Shown one piece after another: positions 9,889 through 19,785 of a stretch of DNA of 64,000 bases. Source of the stretch: Candidatus Nanopelagicales bacterium. Lineage in GTDB: Bacteria; Actinomycetota; Actinomycetes; S36-B12; CAIYMF01. The stretch spans positions 28,046 to 92,045 of the forward strand of contig JAFIHG010000044.1 in the NCBI GenBank assembly GCA_017848795.1. The letters are read 5' to 3'. Made by a program: the position numbers and the translations under genes. Below the pieces are notes generated by a model. The model was given only the letters and a program-made list of their open reading frames with translations, had not been told where the DNA came from and did not search any database. Numbering within the stretch: position 1 is the stretch's first letter; every line of letters begins with the position of its first letter.

Positions 9889-10425
9889 ATGAGCCTGCGC
9901 TGCGCCCAGTGCGGCCAGGTCACCGACGACAGCGCCCGCTTCTGCCCCAACTGCGGCGCCCCGGTCGGCATCGGCGCCAGCGTGTCCCCGGACGATGCCG
10001 GGGGCGTCGCCGAGCTGACCGGGATCCTCGGGGTGCGCAGTGCCAGCGAGGGCGACTCGGCCCCTCTCGCGACGGTTGACGAGGAGTCGGTGAGCGGGCT
10101 GCCCGAAGGGGCGGCCGTGCTGCTCGCCCTGCGTGGCCCGAGCGAGGGGACCCGCGTGCAGCTGGACCCGGCCGACGGGGTCGTGACGGTCGGACGCTCG
10201 CCCGAGGCGGTGCTGTTCCTCGACGACGTGACCGTCAGTCGCCGGCACGCCGAGTTCCGCCCCGAGGGCGGCGGCTGGACCCTCACCGACGTCGGCAGCC
10301 TGAACGGCTCGTACGTGAACCGTCGCCGCATCGAGACGCACCGGCTCGCCGGGGGAGACGAGGTCCAGATCGGCAAGTACCGCTTCGCCTTCCTCGCGGC
10401 CCGGTCGGCGGAGGACGAGGATTGA
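9889..10425 (+). CDS. garA: FHA-domain protein, GarA/OdhI positional ortholog with an N-terminal zinc ribbon
   Basis: The C-terminal FHA core is GRSPEAVLFLDDVTVSRRHAEFRPEGGGWTLTDVGSLNGSYVNRRRI...GDEVQIGKYRFAFL. The N-terminus is CAQCGQVTDDSARFCPNCG. A GGGAGG Shine-Dalgarno sequence lies just upstream of ATG 9889. Confidence 0.85.
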   Translation: MSLRCAQCGQVTDDSARFCPNCGAPVGIGASVSPDDAGGVAELTGILGVRSASEGDSAPLATVDEESVSGLPEGAAVLLALRGPSEGTRVQLDPADGVVTVGRSPEAVLFLDDVTVSRRHAEFRPEGGGWTLTDVGSLNGSYVNRRRIETHRLAGGDEVQIGKYRFAFLAARSAEDED

Positions 10426-11174
10426 GCGCCGCGGCGGCCGCGCGGGCGCTCATGGGGATCGGGGACGTGCTCACCGCGCTGCGTCCGGAGTTCCCGGACA
10501 TCACCATCTCCAAGATCCGCTTCCTCGAGAGCGAGGGGCTGCTGCAGCCGCAGCGCACCTCGAGCGGCTACCGCAAGTTCTCGAGCGCGGACGTGGACCG
10601 GCTGCGCTACGTCCTCACCTGCCAACGCGACCACTACCTGCCGCTCAAGGTGATCCGCGACAACCTGGCGGCGATCGACCGGGGCCTCGAGCCGCCGGCC
10701 ACCGGAGCCGGCGGCACACCGCGCGTGCCCCGCGGGCTCGCGGACGAGGAGTCGCTGCCCTCCCCGGAAGCGTTCCGGCCGGCACACAACGACCTGCGCC
10801 TGAGCCGCGCCGAGCTGCTCGCCGAGTCCGGCTTGTCGGAGAAGGTGCTCGAGCAGCTGGAGTCCTTCGGCATCGTCAGCCCGTTGCGCCACGGCGGAAG
10901 CACCAAGCACTACGGGGCAGCGGCGCTCGACGTGGCCGGGGCGGTCGCGCGGATGGCGGAGTTCGGCATCGAAGCGCGCCACCTGCGCCAGTTCAAGGTC
11001 GCCGCTGACCGGGAGGTCGGCCTGGTTGCGCAGGTCGTCACGCCGCTGGCCCACGGCCGCGACCGGGAGGCGCAGCAGCGCGCCGACGAGGCCATGCGCC
11101 AACTCTCCGCGCTCTCGGTGCGGTTGCACGCGGCGCTCGTGCGGGCCGGCCTGGCGGAGGCGCTCGGCCGCTGA
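10422..11174 (+). CDS. MerR-family transcriptional regulator (Rv1828 / FtsR-like)
   Basis: MerR HTH: IGDVLTALRPEFPDITISKIRFLESEGLLQPQRTSSGYRKFSSADVDRLRYVL. TTG 10422 overlaps the garA stop; ATG 10452 is an alternative start. Confidence 0.8.
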   Translation: MSAAAAARALMGIGDVLTALRPEFPDITISKIRFLESEGLLQPQRTSSGYRKFSSADVDRLRYVLTCQRDHYLPLKVIRDNLAAIDRGLEPPATGAGGTPRVPRGLADEESLPSPEAFRPAHNDLRLSRAELLAESGLSEKVLEQLESFGIVSPLRHGGSTKHYGAAALDVAGAVARMAEFGIEARHLRQFKVAADREVGLVAQVVTPLAHGRDREAQQRADEAMRQLSALSVRLHAALVRAGLAEALGR

Positions 11175-11238
11175 GCGTCGCTCGCGCCACCGGCCGAGCG
11201 CAGTGCTGCGGCGCGCCGGCCCGATTAGGCTGAAGGGC

Positions 11239-11718
11239 ATGCGCCAACTCGATGTCGTAGGCGTCCGGGTGGAGATGCCGTCCAATCAGCCGATCGTGCT
11301 GCTGCGGGAGGTGGACGGGGAGCGCTATCTGCCGATCTGGATCGGGGCCGTGGAAGCGACGGCGATCGCCTTCGCCCAGCAGGGCGTCGTGCCGGCACGG
11401 CCGCTCACCCACGACCTGCTCCGCGACGTGATCGCTGCGCTGGACCAGACGGTGAGCGAGGTCCGCATCACCGAGCTCTCCGACGGGGTCTTCTACGCCG
11501 TGCTGGTGTTCGCGAGCGGAGCACAGGTCAGTGCCCGGCCCTCCGATGCCATCGCGCTGGCGCTGCGCACCGGCACCACGATCTACGCGGAGGAGGCCGT
11601 GCTCGGCGAGGCCGGCATCGAGGTGCCCGACGAGCAGGAGGACGAGGTGGAGAAGTTCCGGGAGTTCCTCGACCAGATCTCCGCCGACGACTTCGGTGAC
11701 GAACCGCCTTCCAGTTGA
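11239..11718 (+). CDS. Bifunctional nuclease family protein (DUF151)
   Basis: MRQLDVVGVRVEMPSNQPIVLLREVDGERYLPIWIGAVEATAIA...RPLTHDLL matches the DUF151 family pattern. Position equivalent to Rv1829. Confidence 0.8.
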   Translation: MRQLDVVGVRVEMPSNQPIVLLREVDGERYLPIWIGAVEATAIAFAQQGVVPARPLTHDLLRDVIAALDQTVSEVRITELSDGVFYAVLVFASGAQVSARPSDAIALALRTGTTIYAEEAVLGEAGIEVPDEQEDEVEKFREFLDQISADDFGDEPPSS

Positions 11719-11723
11719 GGCCC

Positions 11724-11750
11724 TGACTCTCTACTAGAGGTAGAGAGTCA
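11724..11750. terminator. Perfect 11-bp inverted repeat TGACTCTCTAC-N5-GTAGAGAGTCA; terminator or operator
   Basis: Read directly from the sequence. It begins 6 nt after the DUF151 stop, is AT-richer than its surroundings and has no U-tract. The reverse arm carries TTGACT. Confidence 0.35.
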
Positions 11751-11782
11751 ACGGTCGCCTCGGCGTGTCGCGCGACGATGCG

Positions 11783-11811
11783 TTGACTCCGCGCCACCGC
11801 GGTCCTACCGT
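11783..11811 (+). promoter_or_regulatory. Candidate sigma-70-type promoter TTGACT-N17-TACCGT upstream of the second MerR gene
   Basis: Hexamers and the 17-nt spacer were counted by hand. This is sequence resemblance only. Confidence 0.3.
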
Positions 11812-11942
11812 CGCCGGGGACGCGGCGCACGACCGTGTAACTCCCCGGCTGTGGTTCGGCCGGGGGCACCGGACGCCAAGGGGCACCGCGACGTCGGGCC
11901 GGCCGACCGGCAAGGGACCCGGCGAGGAACAGGGAGGTCGCG

Positions 11943-12521
11943 GTGACCGGCACGGCGAGCGAGCAGCAGACGGCGACACCCGCGGGCGTCGGGGCACAGG
12001 GGGTGCTGTTCGGCGAGGACGTCCAGGCGCTTCCCGAGGACACCGGGTTCCGCGGCACCATCGCCGCGCGGGCGGCCGGCATCACCTACCGCCAGCTCGA
12101 CTACTGGGCGCGCACTGGCTTGGTCGAACCCACCGTGCGCGGTGCGCACGGCTCGGGCAGCCAGCGGCTGTACGGGTTCCGCGACATCCTCGTGCTGCGG
12201 ATCGTCAAGCGGCTGCTCGACGCGGGCGTCTCACTGCCCAACATCAGGATCGCGGTCGACGCGCTGCGCGAGCGCGGCGTCGACGACCTCGCGGAGCTGA
12301 CGCTGATGAGCGACGGCGCGAGCGTCTACGAGTGCCGCAGCGAGGACGACGTGATCGACCTGCTCAAGGGCGGCCAGGGCGTCTTCGGCATCGCGATCGG
12401 GCGGGTCTGGCGTGAGGTCGAGGGCACGCTCGCCGAGCTGCCCCGCGAGACGAGCGGTACGCCCACCGGGGTGGCGGGCGATGAGCTGGCGGCGCGCCGC
12501 GCCGCGCGGCGCACCGGCTGA
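11943..12521 (+). CDS. MerR-family transcriptional regulator (Rv1830-like)
   Basis: HTH: TIAARAAGITYRQLDYWARTGLVEPTVRGAHGSGSQRLYGFRDILVLRIVKRLLDAGVSL. The start codon is uncertain. Confidence 0.8.
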   Translation: MTGTASEQQTATPAGVGAQGVLFGEDVQALPEDTGFRGTIAARAAGITYRQLDYWARTGLVEPTVRGAHGSGSQRLYGFRDILVLRIVKRLLDAGVSLPNIRIAVDALRERGVDDLAELTLMSDGASVYECRSEDDVIDLLKGGQGVFGIAIGRVWREVEGTLAELPRETSGTPTGVAGDELAARRAARRTG

Positions 12522-12559
12522 ACCGTCCCGGCGTGTAGGCTCGGACGCGGTCGACGACA

Positions 12560-12754
12560 CCGTGCGGGAGAGTCCCGTCGCCGCCAGCGGCGGGCGCCGA
12601 AGGAGCAACGCCCCGCCAACCTCTCAGGTCCCAGGACCGCACGGCTCAGACCACTCTGGATAGCGGGTCGCACACCGACCCCGCCGACGGTGCAAGCGCT
12701 CGGATACGCCGGGCGTGAAGCTCTCAGGCACGCGGGTGACGCGTGGGTACAGAG
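12560..12754 (+). promoter_or_regulatory. Tandem glycine riboswitch (two aptamers) in the gcvP leader
   Basis: Aptamer 1: P1 CCGTGC(12560)...GCACGG(12644) enclosing GGGAGAG...CGCCGAAGGAGCAAC...CTCTCAGGTCCCAGGACCG. Aptamer 2: CTCTGGATAG...CGACGGTGCAAGC...CTCTCAGGCA...closing CAGAG(12754). Both show the GGAGAG / CCGAAGG.GCAA / CTCAGG hallmarks. Confidence 0.85.
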
Positions 12755-12793
12755 GGGGCCCACCGGCCCTTCTCCGCCCGAAAGCAGCGCACC

Positions 12794-15685
<2,892 letters not shown>

Positions 15686-15691
15686 CCGCGG

Positions 15692-15720
15692 GACAGCGAG
15701 GCGGTCCGGCCGCTGCTGTC
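15692..15720. terminator. Hairpin between convergent gcvP and the HAD phosphatase gene
   Basis: GACAGC...GCGG-TCCGG-CCGC...GCTGTC read by eye. It overlaps the stop of the minus-strand gene and has no clear U-tract. Confidence 0.35.
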
Positions 15721-16228
15721 AGGTGCGGCCGCGCCGTTCCTGCGCATCGAACAGGACGGCCTGTTCGGCCGCGTCGCCGAACATCCAGGTCGCGTGCAGG
15801 ACTTCGTAACCGGCCTCGCGCAGCGTCTCCACGACCGCCTCGTCGTCGTCCACCACCAGGACGATGTCGAGCTTGCGTGCCAGCCGGGCGAGGATCTCAC
15901 GCTTGACGATGCGAGCCGGGCGGCGATCGTGCCGCTTCCGCATGTGCAGGTCGCCGGGCGGCACCTCGTGTCGGGCGAACCAGTCCAGCGTCGGCTGCCG
16001 ATAGGTCTCGCTGCGGCCGGTGACGTACACGACCCGGTGACCGAGCGCCTGCTGCTCGCGCACCAGGTCGTGACCACGCGCCAACAGCGGGTCCTCGTCC
16101 ATCGCCGAGAAGAACCCGTGCCAGTCCTTGGGTCGCTGCTCGAGGTGGTGCAGGCGGTGGCGGACGTCCGCGAGCACGCCGTCGATGTCGAAGATCGCGC
16201 AGCGCGGCAACGACGACGAGTCCGACAT
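15719..16228 (-). CDS. HAD-superfamily phosphatase (polynucleotide 3'-phosphatase-like)
   Basis: Motif I IFDIDGVLAD, then VYVTGRSE and LVVDDD. 169 aa. Confidence 0.6.
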   Translation of the reverse strand: MSDSSSLPRCAIFDIDGVLADVRHRLHHLEQRPKDWHGFFSAMDEDPLLARGHDLVREQQALGHRVVYVTGRSETYRQPTLDWFARHEVPPGDLHMRKRHDRRPARIVKREILARLARKLDIVLVVDDDEAVVETLREAGYEVLHATWMFGDAAEQAVLFDAQERRGRT

Positions 16229-16290
16229 GTCGCCATGGTGTCAGCCGAAGTCAGCGCGAGCACCGGCCGGGCCCGGCGCATGATGGGCGC

Positions 16291-16728
16291 ATGACGGTCC
16301 GTGTCGCCGCTAGCGCCCTGATCCGCGACGAGGCCGGCCGCGTCCTGGTCGTGTTGCGCGGCCGGGGACCGAACACCGGCCGGTGGTCCTTGCCGGGTGG
16401 GAAGTCCGAGCCGGGGGAGACCCCCGCGCAGACGGTGGTGCGCGAGGTGCGCGAGGAGACCGGGCTGGTCATCACTGCCGGGACGCAGCGTGCGGTGGTG
16501 CCGGTCCAGGCGCCCACGGCGACGTACGAGATCCACGTGTTCGAGGCGACCGTCCTCGGTGGTGCGGTCAGGGCGGGGGACGACGCCGCCGACGCCGCAT
16601 GGGTGAGCGAGTCGCAGCTCGCTGCGCTCCCGCACACCGATGGGCTGCTGGAACTCCTCGCCCGATCGGCACCCGACGTCGTGCCCGCGGAACCCGGGTC
16701 GCCAGGCACCGGTAGCGTCGCGCCGTGA
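16291..16728 (+). CDS. NUDIX hydrolase
   Basis: Nudix box GGKSEPGETPAQTVVREVREETGL. Confidence 0.85.
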   Translation: MTVRVAASALIRDEAGRVLVVLRGRGPNTGRWSLPGGKSEPGETPAQTVVREVREETGLVITAGTQRAVVPVQAPTATYEIHVFEATVLGGAVRAGDDAADAAWVSESQLAALPHTDGLLELLARSAPDVVPAEPGSPGTGSVAP

Positions 16729-17093
16729 CCTCGCCGACGATGCTCCGTGAGCGACTGCGCAACGCCTTGCGTACCGCCATGAAGGAACGCGACCGGGTGG
16801 CGACGAGCGTCTACCGGAGCGCGCTCGCCGCGCTCGACAACGCGGCCGCCGTACCGCAGGCGGTGGATCTCAGCGCGACGGGTAGTGAGCACGTCGCGAA
16901 AGCGGCTGTCGGTCCGTACGCCGCCGAGGTGGGCCGGCGTGCGCTCACCGCGGAGGAGGAGCGAGCGATCGTGAGCGCCGAGATGGCCGAGCACCGTCGC
17001 GCGGCTGATGATCTCGCCGGGGCCGGCCGCCCGGTCGAGGCGAACCGCGCCTGGGCTCAGGCGGATCTGCTGCAGGAACTGCTCGGCGACTGA
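16725..17093 (+). CDS. GatB/YqeY-domain-like protein
   Basis: N-terminal LRERLRNALRTAMKERDRVATSVYRSALAALDNA resembles the YqeY pattern L+..L..AMKA+D..+...LR.L.... Weak recognition only. Confidence 0.5.
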   Translation: MTSPTMLRERLRNALRTAMKERDRVATSVYRSALAALDNAAAVPQAVDLSATGSEHVAKAAVGPYAAEVGRRALTAEEERAIVSAEMAEHRRAADDLAGAGRPVEANRAWAQADLLQELLGD

Positions 17094-17139
17094 CGCCGGC
17101 GGGCTGCTCGGCGGCCGGTCGACGTGATGGAATGCCACC

Positions 17140-17715
17140 ATGCACCTGGCATCGACGGATGCGGCCAACGAGCTGCTCGAACGGGACCCGCTGGCGTTGC
17201 TCATCGGCATGATGCTCGACCAGCAGATCCCCATGGAGAAGGCGTTCACCTCGCCGCATGTGCTGCGCGAGCGCCTCGGCGGCGACCTCGACGCCGACAC
17301 GATCGCGGCGTACGACCCGGACAAGCTCGAGGCGCTGTTCCGCGAACCGCCTGCGCTGCATCGCTTCCCGGCCGCCAACGCGCGCCGCGCGCAGGAGCTC
17401 TGCGCGATCGTGCGCGACCGGTACGGCGGCGACGCAGCTGCGATCTGGCGCGACGCCGCCTCGGGCACCGATCTCGTCGCCCGGCTGGAGGATTTGCCGG
17501 GGTTCGGCGCCCAGAAGGCGCGGATCTTCGCGGCGCTCGTCGGCAAGCAGCTCGGGATCAAGCCACGCGGGTGGGCGAAGGCGGCAGCGCCTTACTCGGA
17601 GAAGGGATACCGGTCGGCCGCGGATGTCGTCGACGCGGAGTCGCTCGCCAAGGTCAAGTCGTACAAGCGGGAACAGAAGGCGGCCGCGAAGGCCGGACAA
17701 CCTCTCGGGACATAG
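17140..17715 (+). CDS. HhH-GPD-type base-excision-repair-like protein
   Basis: LLERDPLALLIGMMLDQQIPMEKAF...LPGFGAQKARIFAALVGKQLGI matches my recollection of the actinobacterial HhH-GPD family. Confidence 0.6.
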   Translation: MHLASTDAANELLERDPLALLIGMMLDQQIPMEKAFTSPHVLRERLGGDLDADTIAAYDPDKLEALFREPPALHRFPAANARRAQELCAIVRDRYGGDAAAIWRDAASGTDLVARLEDLPGFGAQKARIFAALVGKQLGIKPRGWAKAAAPYSEKGYRSAADVVDAESLAKVKSYKREQKAAAKAGQPLGT

Positions 17716-17744
17716 CGGCGAAGCTGCCGCTCGACCATTCGGTG

Positions 17745-17905
17745 CTCGAGCATCGCCGCCATTCGTTGATCGCGTCTCCGGCATTCGTTGGTCGAGCGTC
17801 GCCGCATTCGTTGGTCGAGCGTCGCCGCATTCGGTGGTCGAGCGTCGCCGCATTCGTTGGTCGAGCGTCGCCGCATTCGGTGGTCGAGCGTCGCCGCATT
17901 CGGCG
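17745..17905. repeat. Tandem array of a 23-bp unit GTCGAGCGTCGCCGCATTCGKTG; 5 near-perfect copies from 17791 plus 2 degenerate copies
   Basis: Read directly. Copies lie at 17791, 17814, 17837, 17860 and 17883, with degenerate copies at 17745 and 17769. There are no spacers, so it is not a CRISPR array. Confidence 0.9.
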
Positions 17906-18099
17906 GTCGAGCGCAGTCGAGACCTTGGTGCCGGTGGTCTGCCCTTGAACGGAGGCCGCAACCACACGTTGCTCGAGCGCAGTCGAGTCACTTTGACGCT
18001 GGTGGTGCGCCTGTCTGCGCGTGAAAGACCGGGCGAGTACTCGGTGGTCGAGCGTAGTCGAGACCACGTCGGTGATCATGGTCTCGACTGCGCTCGACC
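17905..18099. repeat. Left inverted repeat (~195 bp) ending in a 20-bp-stem palindrome
   Basis: Contains GGTCGAGCGTAGTCGAGACC-N14-GGTCTCGACTGCGCTCGACC at 18046-18099. The reverse complement of 19786-19983 aligns to it at roughly 85% by my hand alignment. Confidence 0.85.
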
Positions 18100-18407
18100 A
18101 ACGGATGGTTGCGTCACCTCTTTCGGAGCAGCACCCCGGGCCCTTCGGGCCGCCCTGGACGGTGGAACATCCGGTTGCGGTCGCGGGCACCCACGTACGG
18201 CCCCGGCTATTTTCGACTCAGACCACTTCGTGTTCATGCGGTCCTTCGGCCGCTCGGTGGTCGAGCGTCGCCGGCATCTGATTGGGAAAGATGCCTGTCG
18301 ATCACCGGAGGCCGGTCTTTCAGCGCCCACTGGTCTGCAGATCCGTGCGACAGCTGGTTCGGTCTTGCCGGAGGGTGTTGTCGGACCCCCCTCCTACAGT
18401 TGTACGT

Positions 18408-19664
18408 ATGTTGCAGACGCCGGCAGCCGGTCCGCAGGACGTGCACGCCGCACTCGCGCAGATGCGCGCGGACGCCGCGTTGGTCAACGGTGCGATCGCC
18501 GACGGGGTGCTGATCGATACCGCGGACGAGGCGCTGCCGGAACTGACCGCAGGCCTGCTCGCCGTCTCCGACGCCGCGCAAGCCGCGGCTACGGCGGTGC
18601 TCGGTCGTACGCACGACTGTGGGGTGTTGCGGGGGCGCGGGTTCGTCTCCACCAAAGCCTGGCTCAAGGCCACCACGCGGTGTGGGGACCGGGACGCCGC
18701 CCGGCTGCTGGCGCGGTCGCGGGATCTGCAGCGTCCCGAGCTCGCGGCGACCCGGTCGGCGTGGCTCGCCGGGCGCGTCGTGGGGGCGGGGGTGCGGGAG
18801 CTCGCCCTGGGGCTGGTGGCCTGTGAGAAGAAGACCCGCACCGACCCGGAACTGACGGCGCTGGTGTTCGGGGAGTGCCAGCAGGTGCTGCTCGACATCG
18901 CACAGAGCGAGAACGCCGACCACGTCCGCGCCGCCGCCGCCCGGATCCTGGCCACGGTGTTCCCCGATGGGGCCAGCGCCGATGAGCAGGAGGCCTACCA
19001 CGCCCAGCACCTGCGCCTCACCCGCGTCGGCAATGAGACCGACGTGCGCGGCATGCTCTCGGCCGAGTCCGACGCGCTGCTGAGTACCGCGCTGGATCGG
19101 ATCGTGGACCGCTGGTACCGCGATGGGACACTCGGGCCGCAGCCGGTCCTGGACTCAGTCACGGGTGAGATCGACCAGCAGGCCACTGACGCCGCGATCG
19201 AAGCCGCTCGCGCTGGTGGGACCGGTGGGGTGCAGCGGGGCAAAGCCGACCATTTGCGGGCGTTGGCGTTGGTGGAGCTGGCCCGCCAGTTCCTCGACGA
19301 CGGCAAGGCCGGCACCAGCCACGGGGTACGCCCCCACCTCGTCTTGACCGTGGAGCTGGCCGACCTGCTCGCCGGCCGCGGCACCGGCACCCTCGACGTC
19401 CCGGGTGGCGAACCAGCGGTCGTGCCGGTCTCCACGATCGCCCGCCTGGGCTGCTACGCCGACGTCTCCCGCTGCCACCCCCACCACGTCCTGGAGTGGT
19501 GGTTGGGCGGAGAGACCAATCCTGACAACCTGATCCTCCTGTGCGCGCGTCACCATCGGATGGTTCACGACGGCCAGTGGAAGATCGTCGCCCGGCCCGG
19601 GGTCAGCCCCCTGGCCGCCGACTACTGGCAGTTCATCGCCCCGCCGCGACGAACCCGGCCCTGA
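18408..19664 (+). CDS. DUF222 / HNH endonuclease (REP13E12-like), probably degenerate
   Basis: The C-terminus CHPHHVLEWWLGGETNPDNLILLCARHHRMVHDGQW is the HNH motif. The body resembles DUF222. ATG 18408 was chosen within ORF 18282..19664. The segment normally carrying the first Cys pair appears to be missing. Confidence 0.75.
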   Translation: MLQTPAAGPQDVHAALAQMRADAALVNGAIADGVLIDTADEALPELTAGLLAVSDAAQAAATAVLGRTHDCGVLRGRGFVSTKAWLKATTRCGDRDAARLLARSRDLQRPELAATRSAWLAGRVVGAGVRELALGLVACEKKTRTDPELTALVFGECQQVLLDIAQSENADHVRAAAARILATVFPDGASADEQEAYHAQHLRLTRVGNETDVRGMLSAESDALLSTALDRIVDRWYRDGTLGPQPVLDSVTGEIDQQATDAAIEAARAGGTGGVQRGKADHLRALALVELARQFLDDGKAGTSHGVRPHLVLTVELADLLAGRGTGTLDVPGGEPAVVPVSTIARLGCYADVSRCHPHHVLEWWLGGETNPDNLILLCARHHRMVHDGQWKIVARPGVSPLAADYWQFIAPPRRTRP

Positions 19665-19785
19665 AGAAGGGCCCGCGCGCCACCCACCGAAACCGTTGAT
19701 GTTCTTACGGTTCCCACCTCCCAGGTCACCCCACCACGCAGCAGTCGACGTCGAGCGGCGGCCCTGACCGAAACGAAACGTCGAT

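Noticed and set aside
12743-12793. Upstream start codon for gcvP at 12743
   Set aside because: It would place the first 17 codons inside aptamer 2 and the expression platform of the glycine riboswitch. GTG 12794 gives [24 protein letters not shown], a normal GcvP N-terminus.
17745-17905. Possible CRISPR array
   Set aside because: The repeats are directly abutting 23-bp units with no unique spacers. No cas genes are present in the window.
17258-18826. 522-aa plus-strand ORF, and several 60-180-aa ORFs running through 17.7-18.3 kb and 19.6-20.0 kb
   Set aside because: They read out of frame through the HhH-GPD gene and then through the 23-bp tandem array and palindromes. Because 23 is not a multiple of 3, the translations show a periodic VERRRIRWSSVAAF... 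pattern produced by the repeats rather than by coding.
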